DNA of 64,000 nt, from the NCBI GenBank assembly GCA_013265495.1, contig MU058584.1, positions 2,794,508-2,858,507 of the forward strand. The letters run 5' to 3'. The stretch comes from Vicugna vicugna. Its lineage: Eukaryota. The notes beneath the pieces are model-generated. The model saw nothing but the letters and a program-made list of their open reading frames with translations, was not told the DNA's origin and did no database searches. This document shows, piece after piece, positions 37,931 through 50,632 of the stretch. The translations under genes and the position numbers were made by a program. Numbering within the stretch: the first letter of the stretch is position 1; every line of letters starts with the position of its first letter.

Positions 37931-39242
37931 CTGTAAGGAGAAGATCATAGGTGACGGGAGGCCAGGGGAGCACAGAGATGGCACGTGAGGACAGAGCCCC
38001 TCCTTTGGTTTTCTGTATCCCTTCCCTCTTCCAGCCACACCTGCACACCTGTGACCCCCAGAACCACTGGAATAAAGGCACACAAAGACCAGAGAGGGGA
38101 GAGGGTCTGTTGCAGGACAGAAATACTTATTGATGCCTGAGTCCTCTGGTGCACCGCATGGGATTCACCTTGAATTGTGTCAGATCAACCGCCAGGACCA
38201 CGGCGGGGGGAACCCACAGGTCCCCCGACCTGGGTGACTGTAACCTGAGCCAGCCAGACAGGGAAGCTGAGTCAAAACCAAGCCCCCGGGAGCGGGTGGT
38301 GGAGTGAGCAGGTGCCCAGGCTGCTCCAGAATCCCCTGCCTCAGACTCATATTGCTCTGCGAACGGGGGCAGGACTGAGCCTGCAAAGTGTGGAGACATT
38401 CACTCACTCACACGTAACAAACGCCTATCAAGGAGCTAGGGATTCAGAGCCGAGGAGAACACAGTTCCTGCTGTCGGGAACACACTCCACAACCACCACG
38501 GGGAAGGCAGGGGCTGTTTTCATGTCCTCGACTGCCTGTATCTTCTGCAGCTTTATGCCTATAAGGTTCTTGTCCTGCCAGCCTCTACAGCACAGGGTTA
38601 ATCAATGCTCAGGTAAGGAGACTGGAGATGGCAGGGCCTGGCTCACAGCGGCCGGGAAGGCAAGTGCAGACAGGCCTGCCCAGACCGCTTCTGCCTCTGG
38701 GCATAAAGAGCTGCAGCCACAAGTGTCAGTGGACATGGACCGTTCTCTCCAGAAGAGAGGAGCTCAGAGTCTGCTCGCGGCAAACTTCAGGGTCTGCAGC
38801 AGCAGGGACTGGGAAAACCCCAGGGCAGCCCATCCTGAACCGCAGTGCTGGATCCCTGTGTGGCTGGAACGCAAGAACAGATTCAAAGAAAACATGTGCT
38901 AGACTCTGCCACGGCACCCGTGTTGCCCTCATGGGGGGACCATGAGAAGATAGATGGCAGAGGCGGTCAGTACGCATGGCCTGCTGGAGACGCCATCCAG
39001 TTCTCCACTGGGGCCCTACACTGTGCCAGGCCGATAGGATGCTGAGTGGTACGTCACATGCCTGACCTTAGTTGGTTCGTTGCTGGTTCAAGGAATATCT
39101 CTTGAGTGCCTTCTACATACAGGGCGCTATCTTAAGCCTTTTGGAAACCTCAGTGGCTCTAAGGGTAGTATGGGGGGGGGTGTGCTCTCTACCTTCTGGA
39201 GGGGAGCGTGGAGCATCAGAGGTGTAACTGTGGAGTTGTTCT

Positions 39243-39675
39243 TTTTCTTTCTTTCTTTCTTTTGTACATATTTTTTTTATTTGAAGTATATAGTCAGTTT
39301 ACAGTGCTGTGTCAATTTCTGGTGTACAGCACAATGCTTCAGTCATATATGAACATACATATATTTATTTTCATATTCTTTTTCACCATAAGTTACTACC
39401 AGATATTGAATATGTTTCCCTGTGCTATTACAGTATAATCTTGTTGTTCATCTAGTTTATATATATTAGTTAGTATCTGCAAATCTTGAACTCCCAATTT
39501 ATCCTTTCCTACCCTCTTCCTCCACCCGATAACCGTGAGTTTGTCTTCAATGTCTGTGAATCTGTTTCTGTTTTGTAAATAGGTTCATTTGTCTTTTTTT
39601 CAGATTCCACATATAAGTGATATCACATGGTATTTTCTTTCTCTTTCTGGCTTACTTCACTTAGAATGGCAATCT
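39243..39675 (-). mobile_element. Truncated L1 3' end with decayed TSD (TGTGGAGTTGTTC / TGTGGGGCTGTTC)
   Basis: T-rich tail, then the reverse complement of the L1 3' UTR ending ...ctggcttacttcacttagaatg. Confidence 0.85.
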
Positions 39676-41375
39676 TGTGGGGCTGTTCCTACACAGAAAT
39701 ATCCCCCTGGAAAAATGTCAGCCTGGAGTTGCCCCTGGAGCTCCTCCGAGTTGAGCTAAGGCTGACTCGTGGAGAGAACCGTCACTCTTGAGTCCGAGGA
39801 GGCAGCGACCTCTAGCTGTTGTACCTGGAAGTTTCAGTCTATCAGAGACACTTGTCTCATAAACGGATGAGTCCCAATCACCATGTTCTAAGTACCACAA
39901 ATGAGGTGAACCACATGCTGTGGGTCCAGAGAGAAGTGACAAAAGGGTTCAGATGAACACATGAGACCTTTCTCGCATGTCCTGAATAGCATCAGGCAAT
40001 TTCCGTATATTAACTCGTTTTATCCTGTAACTAAGCCTGCGAGGATCACTTTAGCCTTTTACAGGTGAGATATTGTAGGCCCAGCCTCACCCCCGTGCTG
40101 CTCCCAGTTCCAGGATGACTTGCCCATACCTCCTTTGTCTAGCAAGTTCTGATTCATCCTTCAAGGGCTAACTCAAGTGTCACCTCCTCCAGGAAGCCTT
40201 CCCTGGTTTTCCTGGGCGGTTTTCCTTTGATGCCCTTTTCTGTTTTCCAACTAACAGTCTGTTTCTTTCTTTGTATTTTCCACTAAACTGAGAGGGAGGG
40301 AAGAAAAGTGTCTTTTTCTGTATGCTCACCACTAGCACAGTAGTTGGCATTATTAGCTGGGTAGTAAGTGGCAGAGCCTAGATTCAAACTGTCTGTCTGG
40401 AGCCCATGCTCTCTCCTGTGTGCTCTGTCAAAGACAGCAGAGATGATTTGGAGAGCCGTCACATCACAAAGTACAAGATGACTCAATTATGGAGTGATCT
40501 CAAGCTGAAAGTTCATCTGAAGGAGAGACAAGAGGGCAGCTTCCAGAAACTCAAGCCAGAGGAACCAAAAATCTTCCCAGATGGCCACTGAGTAGAAAGA
40601 ACAATTTTAGACTCTTCTGAGGCCCTGGAAGGCTGTGACATTTAAAGAGGCCAATGTACACCTTGAGCCTGTCACCAAGATAACATGTGACAGGTGAGTT
40701 AGGAGCCAGCCCGACTTGATGGGCGAGGAGCCGTGAACTCGGCCGGGACGACAGCTGTCCTTCCCCACAGCCAAGCCATCTGAGGGTAACCAACTTTCCC
40801 TTCCAGCATCGGCTTTCCGAAAAATGGACCAACGGGCCCTGCAACTCTCCCTCTTCCTCTGCTTTAAATGGATCTCAGACAGACTGTGCCTTTCACTTCT
40901 GCGTCCCCAGGCTGAAGCCCTGTGCCTGACGCCAGAGCCATGGGACGGACAGGAACAAGATTTTGCTTCACGCATTCAGCAACCCAAGAGTTCCCAAGGT
41001 GTGGAACCCGCAATGCCAATGGTAAGGGACGTTTTAGGTGGTATTTTAAGTGGTATGTAGGCAAACTTTAAAGAAAATTAATAATTTAAATTTATTTTTA
41101 CTGTCTCCTGTTTATAGCAAGTGACTGGCCTTCCATTTTTGTATAAAATTATCTTCCTAAAAAAATCACTATTTAAGTTTTCAGGAAAAAAAGGAAATTG
41201 ACCTCAGAAAAATTCTAAATACAAGTATATGATGAAAATAATATGCAAAGGAAGATGTTTAAGAAACACAAAGTGTGCAAAAATATATAAATATGGACTT
41301 GGGAGAACTCACAAGTTGTTTCTAGAACAAAATGAGATGATATGAGAGAGGTTTGCAATTTAAAGTGAGTTGTTC

Positions 41376-42170
41376 TTAACGATAAATGCTGGAGAGGGTG
41401 CGGAGAACAGGGACCCATCCTACACTGTTAGAGGGAATGCAGTTTGGTGCAGTCGTTGTGGAAAACAGTATGGAGATTCCTGAAAAAACCAAAAATAGAC
41501 TTACCCTATGATCCAGCAATTCCACTCCTGGGTATATACCCAGAGGGAACTCTAACTGGAAAAGATACACACACCCCAATGTTCATAGCAGCACTGTTTA
41601 CAATAGCCAAGATGTGGAAACAACCTAAGTATCCATCAACAGATGACTGGATAAAGAAGTTATGGTACATTTATACAAGGAATACTACTCAGCCATAAAA
41701 AAGAATGAAATAATGCCATTTGCAGCAATATGGATGGACCTGGAGATCATCATTCTAAGTGAAGTAAGCCAGAAAATGAAAGAAAAATACCATATAACAT
41801 CACTTATATGTAGAATCTTAAAAAAAAGAGAGAGAGAAAGACAAATGAACTTACTTACAAGACAGAAACAGACTCATAGACATAGAAAATGAACTTGTGG
41901 TTACCAGGGGGTGAAGGGGGTGGGAAGGGCTAAACTGGGAGTTCAAGATTTGCAGATACTAACTACTATATATGGAATAGATAAACAACAACTTTCTACT
42001 GTATAACACAGGGAACTAACTATATTCAATGTCTTGTAGTGTGACCTATAATGAAAAGGAATATGTGTATGTATGTGTATGACAAACACATGCTTACATC
42101 AGAAATAGACACATTGTAAACTGCCTATACTTTGATTTTAAAAATTGTTGATAAAAAGAAGGCAAAAAAA
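41376..42170 (+). mobile_element. L1 3' portion including a degraded ORF2 C-terminus and 3' UTR
   Basis: ORFs 41444..41698 ([14 protein letters not shown]...[31 protein letters not shown]) and 41662..41892 (EYYSAIKKNEIMPFAA.WMDLE.IILSEVSQ) are L1 ORF2 C-terminal motifs split by a frameshift. Confidence 0.92.
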
Positions 42171-44022
42171 TTGAAGTGCATTGTTTTTATCATTATTAAT
42201 AATAATACAAATTAAAACAATCAGAATACGGCTTGACTGCTCAGTGAGGATGGCACATTGCTGAAGCAGAATGAAACAGCCAAAGTTTGGTTTGCAATGG
42301 CCTTGAAAATGTGCTTTGTTTCTGCTGAAGCAATGACCCAGAAGAGATGGGCTACTTTATAATCATATTTTTAAAATAAAATCCAAAAAGACAAATGCAT
42401 CTTACACAAATGCATTTTGGTTCTTTGGTTCTCACAGTGACCCAGTGTTTCTTAGAAATAAATAGCTTTGCTTTTAGAAAAGGTGGTAAGCAATCCTTGT
42501 AACAACGGAAGTGTTTCTCAATGGAAAATTAATCCATTCTCATGAAGAGACACTAAAGTATGACTGTCTATGACATTTTTATTAGCTTCTTTTGCTCTCA
42601 CTTTTTTTTTTCAGAGCCATGTGGGAACTACAGCCAGCACAGGTTTTCCAGAAACCTGGTTTCCAGTCCAAATCCAAAGTCAAGTTTTTCTCTAATTCTT
42701 CCCTCGAGTCCCTTCAGCCCAATTCTCCCAGCCTCTGCAGCCCATCAGCCTTGCTGTCAGACGCCTGGGATATGCACAAATTAACTTATCTGATGGGAGA
42801 GGGCTGGTCGACTTCCTCAGGAGCTTCTTTTCCCTCCTGGCAACATATCTAAGAAATGCCTTCCATATTCCGGAACCTCCTTCTCCCTAGTAAGGAGCCA
42901 CACGCAGTGGCTTCTAAGATCCCCTCCAGCGCTGTTCCTTGAACATTAAGGTGGGTAGGGTATGGCTCACTGGCCTCCAAAAGAAGGATGTGCAGGTGGC
43001 ACGTGGTCTGGAATGGCCTGAGTCTGGACCACTTGCCAAGGGTCCCCTGTTATCATCTGGACCACTGCCAGGGAGCCCCGTCATCCATCATCATCATCGG
43101 CTGGACTGTGTTAGCCCTCCGGGCAGTTTGGGATTCCAAATTGTGATTTGAGATGCTGAAAGTGTCCAAAGCTGTTAGGGAATCTCCCGGGGGCATACAC
43201 TATGATTTCTGAAGCCTGCGTGTGCACTGTGCGGGCATCAGTCCACGTGGAATGCAAGATTCTGAAGCCCCAGAATCCTAGGCTGGATCGGGGATGCACT
43301 GCTTTCCAATCATGCAAACTTGAGCCAGGAACTTGACCTCTCTGAACCTCTCACCTATAAACGGAGATATACATGCCTTTCTCAGGGGTGCTGAGAGCGT
43401 CTGAGACCACTGGCCCGGAAGTAGCAGCTGCAATTACTTACCATACTGTCAACGTTGTGAGGGAGGTCTGTGTCTGGCTTGAATACCATCATAGAAGATT
43501 ATGTAAGTGAAGGGTTTAACCCAAGCCATGCCGGTATGAAATGCTCTATTAAGGATAGTCACTGCCATAAACTGGTATGGACATACTAGTTGTTTATATG
43601 TTAAATTTTCCAAATTAGTTGGCTAATAGCCACTTCTCTGAGCCCAGAGTGCCCTTCCATCATTCCAGCCACCCCAACCCTTCCATGAGGGCCCCCCAAA
43701 TCTCCCCCTAATCCAGCCTGGCACAAAGAGATGTCCATGCTAACTTCCATTCTGAATGCCTGGTGCCCTACTGGCTATCACATATCTTAAATTTCACCAC
43801 CTTGCTGTTAGCACTTATCATTATGGTATCTAGTACTGTGCCTGGAATGCAGTAGATGCTTAAAAAATATTTGTTGACTGATCAATGACTGGAATAGGGT
43901 TTTTTTGTTAATTAATGTGTATAACTGTATAAAGAGTCCATCAGTGGAAATTATTTGCATAAGAAATCTATGTCCTGGATGTTTACCAAAACCAAAATCT
44001 CTGCTATATCTAGATAACAAAT

Positions 44023-44053
<31 letters not shown>

Positions 44054-44066
44054 GTGTGTGTGTGTA
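44023..44066. repeat. (TG)n microsatellite
   Basis: Direct reading. Confidence 0.95.
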
Positions 44067-46707
44067 GTGAGGGGGTACTTATTGAGAAAGAGAAGCTCAG
44101 GTACTTAGAACTAGAGAATGCTTAACCAAGGCGAGGGAGTTGCCTAGCAACCTCACCCGCAGCCAATGAACGTAAAATGTCAAGCACGCGTCTTTCTGAT
44201 TGGCCAGACAAGGGAGCAAATGGCTCGGTGTTCCCACCCCTTTACTGCTGTGCCTGGGAGAGTTTATTGTCCCATCTTCAGGATGGAAACTTATGAAGAA
44301 TCTCTAATGTTGGTTAACACCCACCCACAGGGAAGGGGAGAGAGGTTAAAAAAAAACCCAAAAAAACAAAAAACTTGCCCTAAGAGTCAGGACTCTCCAT
44401 CTGAAGTTAAGGGAACATCACGGGGCCCTACCCCACTCCACTGTCTCCCACGGTGGGCACACTCTCGCACCCAACCTGCCTCTTTTTCTCCAATGGAGGG
44501 GTGTGGTGCATAAGCCCAAGAATCACAGAATATTCAGACTCCTGGCTTGTTCCTCCTAGTCTAAGGGAAACTCATCCACACATCCTTTCCCTGCCTGGCT
44601 CGTAATACGCAGACAGGCTGCAAGGGAGATAGGCAGGCGCCTGCCACATGGAGGCACTTAATTGACACTTAAATGTCATCTCCTCTGCTAAGTAACAACA
44701 ACAGGTAAGATTTATTAAGCAATTGCCGTGAGCCAGACATGGGTCTAAACATTTTACATGTATGGACTCATTTCATCCCGGCAAACCCCTTTGAGGTTGG
44801 TTCTCTCATCCCTGTTGTACAAATGCAACAACTAGGGGAGAGAGAAATTAAATAAGTCGCTCAAGAGAACAGGGCTAGTAAATTATCCAAGTGGCATTTC
44901 ATTCTAGGAGGAAAGCAACAGGCCCGGATTTTAATCCCTGCCCCACTGCACACCACGCAGCTGTGCCTCTGCCCCTAGCAGTTACTCAGGATGGCGCTTC
45001 CTTCAAGCCTCCATGGGCACAGTTTCTGTCCCCACCCCTGGCCTCCCTCAGGGTTTTGACTCTGGCATTTTCTGACCAGGGCACTCCCTATCTGGCTCCG
45101 GCGCCTCACATCAAACCCCAGCTCTGCTTCCCTTCATCGAGGGTCCCAGCTCAACCCAGCCTTCTCCCTCCTCTTCTTTCCACAAAAGGGGCACTCGGAT
45201 GCCGGGAATTTGCTAACATGCTTTTCTCATATTTAAACTGCTATTGGCTCTTTCAAAAGCACTTTCGCGTACGTATTGGAGCCACGCAGCCACCCTGAGA
45301 TTGGACAGGAAGGTGTTTTACAGGCGCAGAGCTCCACATTTTAACAGATGTAGACACCAAGACATTAGCTGAATTCCTAGGGAATGAGAAGCAGAAGTAA
45401 GGAGCCACGTCTTTTCATGGGAAGCCTTCTCTGCTACCCTTTCTGGCTTTCTCGGTAGGGAAAATGAAGAAACGTGGTGGAAGTGGAGAGTGTGTGGGAA
45501 CAGAAACATGCCTTCTGCCCCCCGGGGCTCACCCCCTTGGCCCCTCAGCAGGAACACGAGGACACAAAGATGCAACAGCTGATGGGCCAACCCGGCTGTG
45601 TGCATCCCTGACCAGCCGGCCAGCCTTTCTGAGCTGACACCGGGCAGCTCCACCTGATTCCTGCAGTCCCCAAAGGAGGGCTGGCTGGCTTTTCAGGATG
45701 AGGGCTGGAGGTTGCTTCTTCCGGCGCCTGGATGAGGAGGAGGGGGAGATTGGCATCCCTTCCTCTCCTCCACTCCCCCCTCCATTCCTCCCTTCTCCCT
45801 CCACCCCCGCCCCCTCCCCTAAAATCTGTAACGATGGAGGTAGTGAAAAGCAGGCGCAGACTGATCATCAGCCTCATTATTACCGGCATTATATATAATT
45901 ATAGCAAAACCTCACTCATTTGGATCAATTGAGAGAAAAATCAGTCTAAATTCGTGACAAGTTGGCAGATTACTTTTAAATTACAATTTTATTGCTTCTA
46001 AGTAACACACGTGAAGAGTTTGTGTTTCAAGTACCACAAGCTAATGGTTATTAAGTGGGGATTTTATAAAATCTGCTTTAAAAGACTCTTTCGTAATTAA
46101 CACCCCGTTAATATGCTAATGAGGTTTCTACCACGCTGGCTTTATAAACTGCTCAAAAACCGGTGTACCTTAAGGAGGCACAACACTTCTACAATCTTAT
46201 TTGCTTGGCAAACCTTATTTCTTCTTATTTTTTCATGAATGAACAAATACAAACTAGTTCCTGCCCTGATCAATTTAACCACCATTCCATATTAATTATG
46301 TCATAAATTAATAAGGTCGTATTGTTTGGGGGAAGAAACCAGACTTTCAGGACCTGAAGAACCACCTCATTTGATACAAGAGAAATTATTTCCAGGAGAG
46401 TTGCATGAGTTGGTCAGGCCCCACAGTCAGGACAAACACACCGGGTCTGCTCAGGTCCACACTGCCTCTATCCACAACATACTGTCTTACATTCGTAAAA
46501 CGCTTTACAATTATCTGCTTTGTGTTTCCATATCAATGACTGGTTCAATCAGCCAAGAAATATCTGTTGAGGCCCTATTGTGTGCCAGGCTCAGTGCTAG
46601 GCACTGCGGACATAGCGGTCCCTCCTGGAGGCCACTGTCTATTTCATTCAAGCATCAAACTGACTCCGAGTAGGTAGTCATTGGTAGGACAGGAATTATC
46701 CCCGTTA

Positions 46708-47326
46708 TGAGACAGGAAGCGGGCAGGGCACAGCCATGCAAGGAATGCTACAGCAATTAACATCAAAATGGTGAAAGATTCAACCCCCAGCAGGCCTTAA
46801 GCCTCAAGATGATGGGAGATTTAACTTCTAGTAGATCTTGAGCTTCATTATATGCTCATTGTAATATATTAGCATGGTGCGTAACATGCCCACAGGCGCC
46901 ATGACAGTCCCAAGGCTAGCCACAAAAGGTCAAAGAGTGGGAAATGGCCAACTTCCTGGGAATCCCAGCCCCTTCCCCAGAGTATTTAGACTGGTCCTTC
47001 CACTTATTTGCATATGAAGCCACCAAAGCCCATAAAAATGCACAACACTGCCCTCCTCCCCGTACTGAGATGGCCTGCACTCTGTCTCTGGAGCGTGTAC
47101 CTACTTTTACTCTAATCTGAGCACCCAACCCCCACACCTCGTGGCCTTTCTCTTGCCTTTCAATATATCTCTCTAAATAAATCTACATTTACCCAGCTGT
47201 GGCTCGCTCTTGAATTCTTTCCTGCGCAAAGCCAAGGACCCACACTTGGCGGGGCACGTCCCAGGGGCTCAGCTGAAGCCTGGGACACGGCCCTGCTCAC
47301 GCCCCACATCCATTTTTCCTGCATCA
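46708..47326 (+). mobile_element. Solo ERV1-class LTR (MER41-like), 619 bp, inserted into a MIR, antisense to RXRG
   Basis: TG...CA termini; 4-bp flanks GTTA/ATTA; AATAAA 47176-47181; MER41-type segments ggcgccatgacagt and ctcgctcttgaattctttcctgcgcaaagccaag; MIR core split across both flanks (attatcccc|...gacagattaggaaacagg). Confidence 0.75.
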
Positions 47327-49329
47327 ATTAGACAGATTAGGAAACAGGTTCAGGATGATAAAGTGCTTGCTGTGAATTATTAGCAATCTAGAATCTGAGT
47401 CTAATCTAGCATAATTTCTGTCAACCTTTCTGCAGGTAATTAACAGCATTTTGTTTGCATAGCACCCTTCCCCCCCGCCCAGGACCAAATTATAAACCTT
47501 GCTGGTACAGATGGATATTGTACCCTCCCTAACACACGCGAGGTAACTGGAGATACTGGAGCAGGGGCTCCGCTAACCAGGACCTGCTGCCTGTCCTTTT
47601 AACCCAGTTGCATGCACTGGTCCACCATGTACCAGCCGCTCCACCAATACAAATGCCCATGAGTGCTTCAGGGATTTGCTGATAGCGCCCCACACCATCC
47701 ACAACCTGAAGTCTTCGAACACCAATTCTGTCCACACCCAGCCCTTTGAATCCATGCCCTCCATCCCTTTCTCTGTCTCTGTAGACTTCCTGTTCACGCA
47801 TACTCTCCCTTGCCTCTAAATCTGGGCTGTCTTCTAAAGACTGCTGTCATCTTAAAATACAGCAAACCATATGCCTGTTACCGTCGATAATAGACATGGT
47901 ATTATTTGTTCTCAGGTTCTACATACCAAAATTCCTTGGATCCATTCGCTCCACCTCAGCCCCAAGAAACGTTTCCAGGAATGACTCGTCTCCAAATGTC
48001 CTGCAGACTTCACAGCTTGTAACTAGTTGATACGTTCCTTCAGGGCAGGGCGTGGGTCTTAGTTCTCAGCGTCTGGCCGAGCCAAGGTGTACAACGAATG
48101 ACTGACAAGCATTCTCAGAGAATTTCCCTCCCGGCAATCTCTAACTTTTGCTCTGCTCCCCATGCCTCTGGGGCTGAGGAAACTCAGGGACCATAAGCCC
48201 CAAACGTTTCAAGAGGCTGCTTCACTGTGACCAAAGGACGTACAAAAGAGATGCAGGGTCACAGAAAAGAAACCTAGGCAGCCAGCCTGGAAGAGCCGTC
48301 CTAGCATATTTATTAAGCACTTTCTTTGCTCCTCCTCTGACTTCTGGTAAAGGCTTTTTGAATTAAAGATCACAAGCCTTCCCGTTTTTCAAGTTCAGAT
48401 GTTGAACTCTGAAATCCCATCAGAAATTTGAGATCAATCTTGAGCCTAGAAACTTTTGTTTACTCTCAGTGACAGTATCTGATAAAGGGAAGCAGGGGCT
48501 CCAGGTTATTCAGTTCGCAGTGGAGGGAATTCAGGGGGCCAGGACTCATTAAGGACACTGGCCTGAGGCAAGGGTCTCCTGAAGATTATAGGGATGGGAG
48601 GTCCCAGGTCACCGCTCTCTTTCTGCCAGATCTCATGAGCGTCTGCCCCGGAATGATTTGTTAAAACATGATTGTCTGTAACTGGTGCCGAATCCATGTC
48701 TTATTTATTTCACTTTGTCAGCATCTCATAGTGCACAGTCAGACAGTTTAAGAACAGGCCTAGCTCCTTTAAGAAAAGCCTCCACACAAAACTTTAGCTG
48801 AATTTGCTACCGCAGTCTCCAGCGTTCCTGAAGCAGGAAAGAGAAACTAACTTTTATTGTATGTTTACAATTTTCCAGGCTTTCTTTTAGTGACTCCCTA
48901 CACTGTGGAAGGTTAACCGTGTAACCCTGCAGGGTGGGTAGTACTGCATTTTACTAAGGAGTGGGAGGAGGGCTTTGCATGGCTTAGCCTCCTCTACTCT
49001 CTGCCACCCCAGGTGGCCCCCGAGGGGACTCAGGGGAACCCAGTTTGAAGATCATAAGCAGCAGAAGTCCTGGGCAAACCTCATCTGCTTTTCCAAGTTT
49101 CCTCATCTGTAACTGAGGGAGGGGTCAGACCAGATGAGCAGCAAGTCCTTTTACTAGCTTTAAAGATTCAGCTCTGTGCAGGGAAGCGGGGCTTGAGAGC
49201 TGGTCAGAGCTGGGGCTGGGAATCACCACTAACCAGAGAACAATCAGAAGCAGTGATAAAGCTTCTCCGGAATGCCCCCCTAGGGCTCGGCAGACGCACT
49301 GGGACGCAGCACAGCCCTGTGCCTTAGCT

Positions 49330-49465
49330 TATGCGTTTGACCACGGCTGCCTGCCTTCCCATCATGACAGAAGATCGGAGCGATTGTAACAGGGGCTACG
49401 GCCAGCAAAGACTAAAACGTTTACTACCTGGCTGTGTAGAGAAAAAGTTTGCCAACCGCTGCCCC
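49330..49465. mobile_element. MER58-like hAT relic
   Basis: gcaaagactaaaacgtttactacctggc...agaaaaagtttgccaaccgctg terminus. Confidence 0.55.
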
Positions 49466-49839
49466 AATGCAAAATTGAGTCCCATGTATTAAAAGAAAGT
49501 GGGGTTCACCTGGAAGTGTTTTTGACCGTTGAAGGGTTTATTAGCACCTTTGAAGGCACACTCGCCTGCCCCTCACCCATTGCCATTTTATTCATTTGCT
49601 GCAGTTACGCATGTTCAAATGGGGAGATAAGCACTATGATCGGTAAGCAAGCCCTGATAAGCACAGAGTAAGAACTGAATGTGTTAGTTGCTGTTCTTAT
49701 ATGTAATTCACACACTCGGAGTGGATCTGGGACTCCACGCACCCCTCACCTCCTCTCCCCACCGGCCACCCCCTCCCCCTTCCCCAGCAAGCCCCAGGTG
49801 GCGCAGGCTTAAGCACAGCAGCCCTGACATCTGCCTGGA

Positions 49840-50050
49840 TTTAGATCTGGAGTCTGCTCCTTACCAGCTGGGTGACCTTGGGCAGGTAACCCAGCCTCCC
49901 AGTGGCTCAACATTTCTGCCCGTGAAAATGGGGACAGTGATAATAATGGTACCATACCCCCCGTGGTCCTTGAGAATATTAAACGAGATGGTGCATGTAA
50001 TGCCCTTGGAAAGGGGCTGGGCACAGGATAGGTGCCTAATAAAAATCAGC
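49840..50050. mobile_element. MIR SINE (representative; similar MIR relics at ~2620-2830, 23190-23330, 23965-24160, 32800-33015, 44695-44885, 50965-51205, 56840-57020)
   Basis: MIR core: gtgaccttgggcaggtaac...tgtaaaatggg-like segment...gcacag...gtgc.aataaa. Confidence 0.6.
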
Positions 50051-50504
50051 TTTTATTTTCTCTCTTTTGGGAAAATCACCAAACTAAGACCTGAGTCAAT
50101 TTCCTGAGAGCCATCAAAACCTAGGCATTCTAGAACATAAACTTCTTAGAGTCCCTGGGCCTCTGTGTTTTCCACTTTCAAATAAGAGGAGAAGAAAGCA
50201 GCTTCCTCCGGGAGCCCCTGACATCCCAGCCACCCCACTCTGGTGGCTAAGTTCTCTGCAGATACAGAAGCTACATAATGAGGGGAAGGAAGAGGTGGAG
50301 AATTTTGATTACTCTTTGCATAATTTCTTCCCCCAGTTGCTATTCAGCTCTCTATCTCCTGGTAAGATTGTAAATGTTTCAGAAAATAGTTTATACTAAA
50401 TATGCTCCTTCCTAAATCTCATAAACAGTTATTCCTTCCTACATAAACGCTAACCGCTTACGCCCATGGTTGGTCCACATTAGCCACCCACACATTTGTG
50501 GAGG

Positions 50505-50632
50505 GGAAAAATATGTTCTGGCACCCACACACGCACACACACACACATACACACACGCACACCCTCTTCCCACATCCTCACATTGCCCTCCCCGCATACA
50601 CACATGCACGAACACACACACACACACACACA
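50505..50632. repeat. Interrupted (CA)n microsatellite
   Basis: Direct reading. Confidence 0.85.

Noticed and set aside
38312..38902. 196-aa ORF in intron 1 (also the 182-aa ORF 15025..15573)
   Set aside because: Non-ATG starts, GC-driven composition, no domain or splice support; the latter runs into an L1 end
41444..41892. ORFs with real protein motifs that could be taken for a gene
   Set aside because: Frameshifted L1 ORF2 C-terminus in a 5'-truncated element; neither a host gene nor an autonomous L1
49790..49805. Second CTCF-like motif GCCCCAGGTGGCGC
   Set aside because: Two mismatches in the 5' part of the core; too weak to call without data
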